64,000 bases of DNA from the NCBI GenBank assembly GCA_902599655.1, contig CACKGC010000005.1, positions 3,175 to 67,174 on the forward strand. Reading direction: 5' to 3'. A model generated the notes under the pieces. That model searched no databases. It had not been told where the DNA came from and worked only from the letters and a program-made list of their open reading frames with translations. This document shows positions 19,360 to 28,257 of the stretch, piece by piece (positions within the stretch are counted from its first letter, which is position 1; each line of letters starts with the position of its first letter). This DNA is from an uncultured Fidelibacterota bacterium (GTDB taxonomy: Bacteria > Fidelibacterota > Marinisomatia > Marinisomatales > Marinisomataceae). Position numbers and translations under genes: made by a program.

Positions 19360-20564
19360 ATGTCATACACAATAGGAAAAGTTGGTAATTTTTTTCAGGA
19401 ACAAAATGAAATGATTACTATAGCAATAAATGTAAACGATTTAATAAATAATCATAAAATTTGTTATTATAATTCAGATCTAAATAGAGATGACGAAGAT
19501 CAAGGATATCAAAGGGAACCTAAAGCTCCTCGTTTATCAAAAATTGCAAAATCTTTAGAAAGAACAGTTAATAATGACACATTTTTACCAATTCCTACAG
19601 CTATAACGTTAAGTGATAGAGGGGTCAATTATAAATTTACCGATGGAAAATTAGATATCGTAGATGGAAAATTTAAACTAATTGATGGTCAACATAGAAT
19701 TCTTGCGTATCAAAGAGCTATTGAAGAATTAGGATGTGAAAGTCTTAAAACTCATTATTTACCATGCACAATAATTTTAATTGAAAAGCAAGATCATTTA
19801 ACCGAATTACAAAAAAAGAAATTGAATTAAAACATTTTATTACTATAAATGGTGAAGCTAAAGCTGTTCCTGTTGATTTGGGTAATGGTCTTTTAGTTGA
19901 TTTATATCAGTCAGGCGCATTAAAGAGCGATGAATTTGACGACGTAAAAATTATGTCTACTCAATTAATGATGATGTTGAATGATGAAAGTGGACCTTGG
20001 ATGGACAAGGTTATAATGCCTAATAAGTCAGCATATAAAAAATCTGAGTGGAATGTTGATCCAAAATTAAAACATTTAAGAGTTGTAAAATCAACAAGTC
20101 TAGTTAATTCTTTCAAGCCATTAATAAAATATCTTGAAAATAATGTTTTTACTCCAATGACAACAAGAGAAACTAAGTTAAAAACAGTTTATACAATTTT
20201 AGATAATTTTTGGACAGTGCTGAAAATGAACATGCCTGCCGCAATAGATGAGGCGAGAGATCATGTTTTACAAAAGTCAGTAGGTATCTTTTCGATGCAT
20301 TCTTTGCTTATTGAGCTTTGTAAGGTAATTAAAGCTAGCGGAAATGAGCTATTAACAGATATAGCCAGTTTTGAAAAAAGACTAAATAGTGATGAACTAG
20401 AATTTATGAGTCATGATTTTTGGTCGAATGACAAAGAAAATCCTGGTGAAGCTACAAAATATGGTAATATGAAAGGTTTTAAAAGGTTGTCAGAAGTAAT
20501 GCTTAAAGAAGTAGTAGAAGCTTCTGAAAATCAAGACCTAAATAATGCTACTGAGGTATTTTAA
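19360..20564 (+). CDS. DGQHR-domain protein (DndB-like, ParB/sulfiredoxin fold), reading frame broken at an A7 tract
   Basis: Two ORFs, 19360-19830 and 19878-20564. The first has GYQREPKAPRLSKIAKSLE and LIDGQHRILAYQ. The second frame is open from 19785 and reads ...KKEIELKHFITINGEAKAVPVDLG, the F-x-x-I-N segment expected after DGQHR. The frames join by a -1 shift at CAAAAAAAG (19810-19818). Confidence 0.7.
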
Positions 20565-20609
20565 TAAAATAAAAATAGTTGTTAAATAAGCGACTTGTCA
20601 TCGCAAAAA

Positions 20610-20663
20610 GGGTAGTTAGAATTTTCTCATCTCCTTTTGTTATTGTTTGTTAACTAACTACCC
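20610..20663. repeat. Perfect 10-bp inverted repeat GGGTAGTTAG / CTAACTACCC with a 34-nt loop
   Basis: Arms at 20610-20619 and 20654-20663, in the 130-nt gap between the DGQHR gene and the nuclease gene. A-runs flank it on both sides. Confidence 0.85.
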
Positions 20664-20694
20664 AAAAATTTTAATAATTTTTAATGGAGGAAAA

Positions 20695-21624
20695 ATGACC
20701 GATAAAAACTCAATTTTAGATCAATTCATTATTCAATCAAATACTCAAGATTTGAAATATGCTCATTATCCAAAAAAATATAACGATCTTGATATGAAGA
20801 TATCATTTGGTATGGGTGTTCCAGCAAGGATTCCTTGGATAGCATTTATAGGAAATGAAATGCTTGTGAGTAATGGATTTTATCCAGTTTATTTATATTA
20901 TAAAGATCTTAAAATGCTAATTCTGTCTTATGGTATAAGTGAAACTTCTGAATATGAACAATCATGGCCTGATAGTATAATTTCTAATAAGACAAAAATA
21001 AAAGACTTTTTCGAAGATAATAGTAAAGTTCATAGATATGGTAGTTCATTCGTTCATCGTGCATACACTATTGATGTAAAAGGTAATAATGTAGAATACA
21101 AGCTATATGAAAATGATAAAATTTTAACTCAAAATGAATTAATAAATGATTTAGATGAAATAATTCATGAATATAAAAATTCAATAAATATTGAAATTAA
21201 AAATGAAGATTCTTTAATAAGTCAGGGAAAGTTTTATATGGAAAAACACCTTGAAGAGTTTATCATAACTAATTGGAATGAAATAGATCTTGGAAGTAGA
21301 TATGATTTAATTTATGATGAAGGTGAATTAGTAAGTCAACAATTCAGAACAGATATAGGATTTATTGATATTTTAGCAAAAGATAAAAAAGATGGATCGT
21401 ATGTAGTTATAGAATTGAAAAAAAATCAAACAAGCGATGATACAATAGGGCAAATTGCAAGATATATGGGATGGATTAGAGATCACAAAAAAGATGAGGA
21501 TGTTAAAGGAATAATAATAGCTTCAGAATTTACTAAAAAGTTAAAATATGCAATTAAATACGTAAAAAATATTGATGTTTTATCTTATGAAATTAATTTT
21601 TCATTAAACGAGGTTAAAAGATGA
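20695..21624 (+). CDS. Fusion protein: McrB-N-like (DUF3578/MrcB_N) DNA-reader domain plus NucS/DUF91-like PD-(D/E)XK nuclease domain
   Basis: ATG at 20695 is preceded by GGAGG. The N-terminal half has ISFGMGVPARIPWIAFIGNEMLVSNGFYPVYLYYKDLKMLILSYG. The C-terminal half has TDIGFIDILAKDKKDGSYVVIELKKNQTSDDTIGQIARYMGWI...KGIIIASEF. The ORF track start at 20647 (TTG) is less likely. Confidence 0.7.
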   Translation: MTDKNSILDQFIIQSNTQDLKYAHYPKKYNDLDMKISFGMGVPARIPWIAFIGNEMLVSNGFYPVYLYYKDLKMLILSYGISETSEYEQSWPDSIISNKTKIKDFFEDNSKVHRYGSSFVHRAYTIDVKGNNVEYKLYENDKILTQNELINDLDEIIHEYKNSINIEIKNEDSLISQGKFYMEKHLEEFIITNWNEIDLGSRYDLIYDEGELVSQQFRTDIGFIDILAKDKKDGSYVVIELKKNQTSDDTIGQIARYMGWIRDHKKDEDVKGIIIASEFTKKLKYAIKYVKNIDVLSYEINFSLNEVKR

Positions 21625-22271
21625 AGTTATCACAAGAAAAAAACGAAATATTAGATAAATTGAACTTTATAAGCATTGACAAAATTTCAAAAAAAACTGT
21701 TCCAGATAGTCCAGGAATCTATTTTTTTAGATTAAAAGATAATTCACAATTTAATACATTTGAAAATGATAAAAATGACAGAATATCATATATAGGCAAG
21801 CATGAGAGCAGTTTAAGAGAAAGATTATTTGAAAATCATTTAAATATTTATAATAATTTTTCAACATTTAGAAGGTCAGTTGGATCTATATTGAAACAGA
21901 ACTTAAGTTTAAGTGCTTATCCAAGAATTAGCAAAAAAACAGGTAAAATTAATAGCTATTCAATATTTAGTTTTGCAAAATTAAAAAAAATAAAAGAAGA
22001 TAAAGGTGTTTTCATTTATGATTTTGATAATTTTGATGATGAAATTAAATTGAATGAATGGATTATTTATAATTTTCAGTTTTCATTTCTAAAAGTTAAT
22101 GATATGCTAATAGAAGATGATCTTAAAAAAAATGAGCATGAAATGAGACATATGTTTAAACCTGCATTAAATTGTAACCACGATGATGATTATAATGAAT
22201 TCAGAGATCGCATCAAACGTCTTAGAAAGATATGTGCAAATGAATGTAGATTAAATTTTAAGGAAAATTAA
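21621..22271 (+). CDS. GIY-YIG-family nuclease
   Basis: PGIYFFRLKD...(about 20 aa)...ISYIGKHESSLRERLFENH, followed later by NEHEMRHMFKPALN (conserved Glu and Asn positions). ATGA overlap with the upstream gene. Confidence 0.65.
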   Translation: MKLSQEKNEILDKLNFISIDKISKKTVPDSPGIYFFRLKDNSQFNTFENDKNDRISYIGKHESSLRERLFENHLNIYNNFSTFRRSVGSILKQNLSLSAYPRISKKTGKINSYSIFSFAKLKKIKEDKGVFIYDFDNFDDEIKLNEWIIYNFQFSFLKVNDMLIEDDLKKNEHEMRHMFKPALNCNHDDDYNEFRDRIKRLRKICANECRLNFKEN

Positions 22272-22274
22272 TAT

Positions 22275-22302
22275 TTTACGCATAATATATATTATGTATA
22301 AT
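22275..22302. other. dif: Candidate dif site (XerC/XerD chromosome dimer resolution site)
   Basis: TTTACGCATAA-TATATA-TTATGTATAAT. By hand alignment it matches E. coli dif (GGTGCGCATAATGTATATTATGTTAAAT) at 22/28 and B. subtilis dif (ACTTCCTAGAATATATATTATGTAAACT) at 20/28 with 15 contiguous identities. Both reference sequences are from memory. The inner arms CATAA/TTATG are inverted. It lies in a 40-nt intergenic gap near the +/- gene-orientation switch. Confidence 0.65.
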
Positions 22303-22311
22303 TAATGACAT

Positions 22312-22980
22312 ATGAATAATACACTAGGAAAAACAACAAGACTAATGCTACTTACCTACCTTGGTTTATTAACCCTGGCAGGTTTTTTCTATGGTGGTGG
22401 TAACTATGTCGACAAAACTACACCCTATTATAATTTTTTTAGAAATTTTATAAGTGATCTTGGCCGTACAACAAGTCATTCTGGTGATGATAATACTATA
22501 TCTATTGTTTTGTTCTCAATTGGTATGATGGTTCAATTAATTGCAGTTTTAATATATCTTGTTAAAGCAGCTAATTACTTTTCTAGGGAATTCCCTAAAA
22601 TTAGTTTATTAGCTAAATGCTCTGCAATTTTTGGCTCTATAAGTCTTTTAGGGGTTATTTTAACACCAGCAGATGTTCCTTCGTTATATGCATTACATAT
22701 TTTCTTTGCAAATTCAGTATTTAACGGTGCTTTTGTAACATTAGGCATATATTCTTACTTATTTTACTCTAAAGGTCTTAAAAACGTCACTTATACCCTC
22801 TTTTTATGTTCCTTAATCATTCTTGGATATATAATATTTCTTGAAATTGGTCCTGAACCCTGGAAATCAATTCAATCACTAACTTTTCATGCAACCTATC
22901 AAAAGGTAGCTGTTTTAAGCTTAATTGGAACAGTTTGGGTTATGTCTAAAGGTACAGATCTACTTGACGACAAAATTTAA
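22312..22980 (+). CDS. Hypothetical polytopic membrane protein
   Basis: 222 aa with about six hydrophobic helices. The 3' end overlaps the convergent leuS 3' end by 21 nt. Confidence 0.6.
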   Translation: MNNTLGKTTRLMLLTYLGLLTLAGFFYGGGNYVDKTTPYYNFFRNFISDLGRTTSHSGDDNTISIVLFSIGMMVQLIAVLIYLVKAANYFSREFPKISLLAKCSAIFGSISLLGVILTPADVPSLYALHIFFANSVFNGAFVTLGIYSYLFYSKGLKNVTYTLFLCSLIILGYIIFLEIGPEPWKSIQSLTFHATYQKVAVLSLIGTVWVMSKGTDLLDDKI

Positions 22981-25401
22981 GAGTCTGTTTGGTACATAAA
23001 TTGTTTTTACAACATTTCCTTCTGATGTGAATTTTTCGACATTTTCTAACGACATAGCTTCAGAAATAACATCTTTTTCATCTGAATCTTTAGCTATATT
23101 AATATTAGCTCTAAGCTTGCCATTTACCTGAACAGCAATAGTAACTTCATCTAATTGTATCAAACCCTCATCGAACTGTGGCCATGGCTGATATGTAATG
23201 GTTTCAGAATGACCTAGTAAGCTCCAAAACTCTTCAGAAAGATGAGGAACAAATGGGCTTAGTATAATAACCAGCTCCTCTATAAGCTTTTTTGAAACTG
23301 TACTACATTTCTGTAAATGATTACAATAAATCATTAGTTGAGATACTGCAGTATTAAAATGTAGTTTTTCGATATCTTCACCTAATTTTTTAATTGTTTG
23401 ATGGTGTAAAAATAATGTATCTTTATCCTCTTCATCACTATCAACAATCTTCGAGGACAATTTACCATTTTCATCAACTATAATTGACCATAATTTATTT
23501 ACAAATCTATAACATCCTTGCAAGCCTTTAGTGCTCCAAGGTTTTGATTTGTTTAAGGGGCCCATAAACATCTCATAAAGCCTCATTGAATCTGAACCGT
23601 ATTCATCCATAATCTCTTCTGGATTTATTACATTTCCTCGAGATTTGCTCATTTTTGTACCATCATCTCCCAAAATCATTCCTTGATTATATAATTTTTT
23701 AAATGGTTCTTTAGTCGATACTAGGCCTAAATCATATAAAACATGATGCCAAAATCTTGAGTACAACAAATGAAGTACTGCATGCTCTTGACCGCCAATA
23801 TATAAATCTACTGGCATCCAATAGTTTTCTTTTTCTTTTGACCATGCTTCGTTTGTGTTATTAGGATCTGTAAATCTTAAAAAATACCAACAAGATCCAG
23901 CCCATTGAGGCATAGTATTTGTTTCTCTAAGTCCAATAATATTACCACTTTCATCTTTTACTTCAACCCAATTTTTAACTAATGATAATGGAGATTTACC
24001 ATCATCTGATGGTTTATAATTTTCAACTTCAGGAAGCATTACTGGCAAATCTTTTTCATGAATTAACTCAACTGAATCGTCCTTATGAATTAATGGAAAT
24101 GGCTCTCCCCAATATCTTTGTCTTGAGAACAACCAATCTCTTAACTTGTAATTAACAGTAGCTTTTCCGATTGAATTTTTTTCAATAAATAAAATTGCTT
24201 CCTTAATTGCTTGATCTACGCTTAAACCATCCATGGATAATGTTTTATCGTTTGAAGAGTTTATAATTTTAGCATTTCCTTTTGCAGTGTATGCAGCTTT
24301 TGATACATCTCCTCCCTCGACAACTTCTACTATAGGAAGATTATATTTTGATGCAAACTCCCAATCTCTTTCGTCATGACCAGGAACAGCCATAATAGCA
24401 CCGGTTCCATAACTAATCAGTACATAGTCAGCTATCCATATTTCAATTTTTTCTTTGCTGAAAGGGTTTATTGCATAGCTTCCAGTAAAAACACCAGTTT
24501 TATCCTTATTAACTTCTGTTCTATCAAAATCTGATTTCTTTTTTGTTTCCTCAATATAAGCTTCCACTTTTGATCTTTGCTCATCAGTAACAATGGAATG
24601 AATTAAGGTATGTTCTGGAGCTAAAACCATATAAGATGCTCCGAAAAGAGTGTCAGGTCTTGTAGTGTATACATTGATAGTATCATTATGTCCATAAATA
24701 TCAAACCCTAACTCTACTCCTTCTGATTTACCAATCCAATTTTTTTGAAGCTCTTTAATATTTTCTGGCCAATCTAAATCATCTAATCCATCAAGTAATG
24801 ATTCTGCATAGTCAGTAATCTTTAAAATCCATTGTCTCATTGGTAGTCTTACTACGGGATGTCCGCCAATATCTGATTTTCCGTTAACAACTTCTTCGTT
24901 AGCAAGGACTGCTTTTAGCTCAGGACACCAATTAACAGCAACTTCTTGTTCATAAGCTAAGCCTTTATTATAAAGTTGCATAAAAATCCATTGAGTCCAT
25001 TTGTAGTAATTAGGATCGGTTGTATTTATTTCTCTTGACCAATCATATGAAAATCCAAGGCTATTAATTTGTTTTTTAAAATTTGAAACATTCTGATGAG
25101 TTGTTTCTTTAGGATGAGTACCTGTTTTAATTGCATATTGCTCTGCTGGAAGTCCAAAAGCATCCCAACCCATTGGATGAAGCACATTAAAGCCTTTCAT
25201 GCGCTTGTAACGTGCTACAATATCTGTTGCCACATAACCTAAAGCATGACCGACATGTAGTCCTGCCCCAGACGGATAAGGAAACATATCCAAAACATAA
25301 TATTTAGGTTTATTGGTAGAGATATCTTCAGACTTAAAAGTTTGATTTTCAGACCAAAATTTTTGCCATCTACTCTCTATGGATTTATGATTGTAGCTCA
25401 A
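22960..25401 (-). CDS. leuS: Leucine--tRNA ligase
   Basis: 813 aa. [18 protein letters not shown] (HIGH region) and KMSKSRGN (KMSKS). Confidence 0.97.
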   Translation of the reverse strand: MSYNHKSIESRWQKFWSENQTFKSEDISTNKPKYYVLDMFPYPSGAGLHVGHALGYVATDIVARYKRMKGFNVLHPMGWDAFGLPAEQYAIKTGTHPKETTHQNVSNFKKQINSLGFSYDWSREINTTDPNYYKWTQWIFMQLYNKGLAYEQEVAVNWCPELKAVLANEEVVNGKSDIGGHPVVRLPMRQWILKITDYAESLLDGLDDLDWPENIKELQKNWIGKSEGVELGFDIYGHNDTINVYTTRPDTLFGASYMVLAPEHTLIHSIVTDEQRSKVEAYIEETKKKSDFDRTEVNKDKTGVFTGSYAINPFSKEKIEIWIADYVLISYGTGAIMAVPGHDERDWEFASKYNLPIVEVVEGGDVSKAAYTAKGNAKIINSSNDKTLSMDGLSVDQAIKEAILFIEKNSIGKATVNYKLRDWLFSRQRYWGEPFPLIHKDDSVELIHEKDLPVMLPEVENYKPSDDGKSPLSLVKNWVEVKDESGNIIGLRETNTMPQWAGSCWYFLRFTDPNNTNEAWSKEKENYWMPVDLYIGGQEHAVLHLLYSRFWHHVLYDLGLVSTKEPFKKLYNQGMILGDDGTKMSKSRGNVINPEEIMDEYGSDSMRLYEMFMGPLNKSKPWSTKGLQGCYRFVNKLWSIIVDENGKLSSKIVDSDEEDKDTLFLHHQTIKKLGEDIEKLHFNTAVSQLMIYCNHLQKCSTVSKKLIEELVIILSPFVPHLSEEFWSLLGHSETITYQPWPQFDEGLIQLDEVTIAVQVNGKLRANINIAKDSDEKDVISEAMSLENVEKFTSEGNVVKTIYVPNRLLNFVVK

Positions 25402-25403
25402 AT

Positions 25404-25925
25404 TTAATAGAAGTTCTTAATTTGCTTCATCCAATCAAGAATAATTGCATTTACATCAATTGGTTGATCATTTGAGGAGCCATAACCCATATTATTTGAA
25501 GTTGTACTTCCAAAAGCATTAGTCATTGGTCCACTATATTCATCGTCTGCAAGCACCTGATTTGCTTGAAATTTAGCAAACACTTTCTTGGTCTTTGGAT
25601 CTCTAAAAATAATTGATGAAGTTTTAGGATCTGCAGTTGAACCATAATATGGATCGAAATTAAAATCTTCAAAATTGATTAAAACTTCCATATCTCCATC
25701 TGTTTCAGGAGGCAATATTTCAAAACCGATTTTAACTAATTCAGATTGCAATGATTGTATATGTTCAACCATAAAAGGATCTTGAATATAATCATTAATA
25801 AACTCTTCGATTTTATTTGTCTGGCTAAGCTTTACTTTTTTTCTTCTAAACTGTCCATTCAGGTCCGTCGTAAAAACAAATAACATTAATAAAGCTAGTA
25901 GATATGTATAGTTTTTAAGTTTCAT
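25404..25925 (-). CDS. Hypothetical secreted protein
   Basis: Start chosen at [18 protein letters not shown], with GGAGA 7 nt upstream. The ORF track start at 25949 would overlap msrA. Confidence 0.55.
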   Translation of the reverse strand: MKLKNYTYLLALLMLFVFTTDLNGQFRRKKVKLSQTNKIEEFINDYIQDPFMVEHIQSLQSELVKIGFEILPPETDGDMEVLINFEDFNFDPYYGSTADPKTSSIIFRDPKTKKVFAKFQANQVLADDEYSGPMTNAFGSTTSNNMGYGSSNDQPIDVNAIILDWMKQIKNFY

Positions 25926-25936
25926 TTTATTCTCCA

Positions 25937-26479
25937 TTAAATAGCGCATCCGTCTATTCCCCTTTTTTTGTAATAATCTTGATGATAATCTTCTGCATTG
26001 TAAAAATCAGAAATAGCTTCAATCTCCGTTACGATTTTTGAAGTAAATTTCCCTGATTCGTTTAATGTATTAATTTTGCTTTCAATAATTTGTTTTTCTT
26101 CGTCATTAGAAAAATATGCAGCTGAACGATATTGAGTACCTATATCTGGGCCTTGACGATTTAACGTGGTAGGATCATGAAGCTCAAAGAAAGTATCTAA
26201 CAGCTTTTCAAAAGTAACTTCATTTGGATTATACACAACCTCTACTGCTTCGGCATGACCTGTTAATCCTGTACATACCAGTTCATATGAAGGATTTTTA
26301 ACTTTTCCACCAATATATCCTACTGTGGTAGATTTCACTCCATCCATTTGTTGAAATGTGGATTCAACTCCCCAAAAACAACCAGCTGCAAATACAGCTT
26401 TTTTATTTTCTGTGTTATTTGCCATTACTAACCCCGTTATTGAAATAAAAATTGCTAAATATGTTTTAATTCTTATCAT
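25937..26479 (-). CDS. msrA: Peptide-methionine (S)-S-oxide reductase, exported or anchored form
   Basis: GCFWGVES motif, with an N-terminal hydrophobic segment. Confidence 0.93.
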   Translation of the reverse strand: MIRIKTYLAIFISITGLVMANNTENKKAVFAAGCFWGVESTFQQMDGVKSTTVGYIGGKVKNPSYELVCTGLTGHAEAVEVVYNPNEVTFEKLLDTFFELHDPTTLNRQGPDIGTQYRSAAYFSNDEEKQIIESKINTLNESGKFTSKIVTEIEAISDFYNAEDYHQDYYKKRGIDGCAI

Positions 26480-26603
26480 GTGTATAATAAAAGTATGCTC
26501 CTATAATACTCATTGGAATCGAGACAACTGCACCGATTACTGGTATTAGAAAAGATGCTAAAAATATACCGATACCAACAATTATTGTATTGAAAATACG
26601 CAC
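26466..26603 (-). CDS. Possible 45-aa hydrophobic peptide (not in ORF track)
   Basis: GTG at 26603. Product is VRIFNTIIVGIGIFLASFLIPVIGAVVSIPMSIIGAYFYYTHDKN. Its stop overlaps the msrA start region. No clear SD. Confidence 0.25.
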   Translation of the reverse strand: MRIFNTIIVGIGIFLASFLIPVIGAVVSIPMSIIGAYFYYTHDKN

Positions 26604-26680
26604 AATTAATCTTTCTTAATAAAAATTCTTTTAATATTTCGCATTTTTACTTAAAAAATTAAGAAAAAATATAAATTAAA

Positions 26681-26713
26681 TAAATAAAAAAGCCTCTCAA
26701 TAAATGAGAGGCT
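26681..26713 (-). terminator. Rho-independent terminator after the MerR-like gene
   Basis: Minus-strand hairpin AGCCTCTCA-TTTAT-TGAGAGGCT followed by TTTTTTATTT. Confidence 0.8.
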
Positions 26714-26742
26714 TTGGTGGCTACCATAATAGACTCTTACCC

Positions 26743-27090
26743 TTAGTGTCTATTTAGTATATTTAAAATATTCTTTAATTCGTTTTTAATCTCATTCAAA
26801 GCTGATACTTGAGTATTAGATAATGTTTTTTCTGGTAAAGTTTTAGTTGATCTGTTTTTAAGCTCTTCAACCGCTCCTTTAATGGTAAATTTTTTATCAT
26901 AAAGTAATTTCTTAATATCAAGTATTACTTGAATGTCTTGCTTTTTATAGGTTCTATTTCCAGCCTTATTTTTTGCCGGTTTTAATGACGGGAATTCAGA
27001 TTCCCAATACCTTAAAACATAAGGCTTAAGCTCCGTCATTTCACTTACTTCTTTAATACTATAATACAGTTTTGAATTTGATTCAAGCAT
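26743..27090 (-). CDS. MerR-family transcriptional regulator
   Basis: YSIKEVSEMTELKPYVLRYWESEFPSLKPAKNKAGNRTYKKQDI HTH region. Confidence 0.85.
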   Translation of the reverse strand: MLESNSKLYYSIKEVSEMTELKPYVLRYWESEFPSLKPAKNKAGNRTYKKQDIQVILDIKKLLYDKKFTIKGAVEELKNRSTKTLPEKTLSNTQVSALNEIKNELKNILNILNRH

Positions 27091-27151
27091 CGCTTTAATA
27101 ATATATAAAAAATATCATTAAAGTGATACTTTAAATAATAAATACAGATAT

Positions 27152-28249
27152 TTAAAGTGATTTTGGATCGGAATATTCTAACGAATGAGCAACAGCAACT
27201 TCTTCATTTGTAAGCTTACCGTTATATGTATTTAACGCCATAAGAAGTTTATCATCATTAAATAAGCCATGCAGTCCAGAATTAGCAAATTTATGTATAA
27301 ATGGCTTTGTAGCTTCATTTAATGCATTAGTAGCTGTAAATGGAACCGCTGAAGGAATGTTTTTAACACAATAATGAATAATATTATCCAACTCATATGT
27401 TGGATTTCCATGTGTTGTTGGTTTTGAGGTCTCAAAACATCCACCCTGGTCAACAGAAACATCAGACAAAATAGATTTAGGCTCCATTAAACTTAACATA
27501 TCTCTTGTAATAACCGTTGGAGGCTTCCCTCCTGGAGTTAAAACTGCTCCAACAACAATGTCTACCATAGGTAAAATTCCCTCGATAACTTGCTTGGAGG
27601 ATTCGCCAACATTTACTGCCGGATATCTGCTCTTAATATCATTCAATAGTTCGTTGTTTACATCTAGCAATGTTGTACTAGCACCTAATCCTAAACTCAT
27701 TTGCATAGCATTTAATCCAACAATACCCCCACCAATGATTAATACGTTTGCAGGATCAGCTAAGCTTGTACCAGCAATCAACTTCCCTTTTCCACCCTTA
27801 CTCTTCTTTAAAAGCTCAATACTATCTAACAAAGACAGTCTACCAGCGATTTCGCTCATCGGTTTTAACATGGGAGTTTGGTTGTTTATAACCACAGTTT
27901 CATATGCTAATCCAGTAACATTGCATTCCATAAGCTTCTGTGTTAATTCTTTAGATGAACTTAGGTGTAAATAAGTAAAAATTACCTTATTTGAAAGCAT
28001 TTCAACTTCTTCTAATGACGGCTCTTTAACCTTAACAATCAACTCTGATCTATCAAAAACTTCTGACGCAGAATCAACGATTGTACATCCTAAAGATGAG
28101 TAATCCTCATCCTTATAACCACTATCTTGACCTGCACCAGATTGAACATATAGCTCATGAGAGCTTTGAAGAAGCATTTTTGCTGTTTCCGGGTTGATAG
28201 AAACACGATATTCTTGAGAAATAATTTCTTTTGGAATACCAATTTTCAT
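27152..28249 (-). CDS. ald: Alanine dehydrogenase
   Basis: MKIGIPKEIISQEYRVSINP..., with NAD-binding VLIIGGGIVGLNA. Confidence 0.9.
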   Translation of the reverse strand: MKIGIPKEIISQEYRVSINPETAKMLLQSSHELYVQSGAGQDSGYKDEDYSSLGCTIVDSASEVFDRSELIVKVKEPSLEEVEMLSNKVIFTYLHLSSSKELTQKLMECNVTGLAYETVVINNQTPMLKPMSEIAGRLSLLDSIELLKKSKGGKGKLIAGTSLADPANVLIIGGGIVGLNAMQMSLGLGASTTLLDVNNELLNDIKSRYPAVNVGESSKQVIEGILPMVDIVVGAVLTPGGKPPTVITRDMLSLMEPKSILSDVSVDQGGCFETSKPTTHGNPTYELDNIIHYCVKNIPSAVPFTATNALNEATKPFIHKFANSGLHGLFNDDKLLMALNTYNGKLTNEEVAVAHSLEYSDPKSL

Positions 28250-28257
28250 ATCATTTA

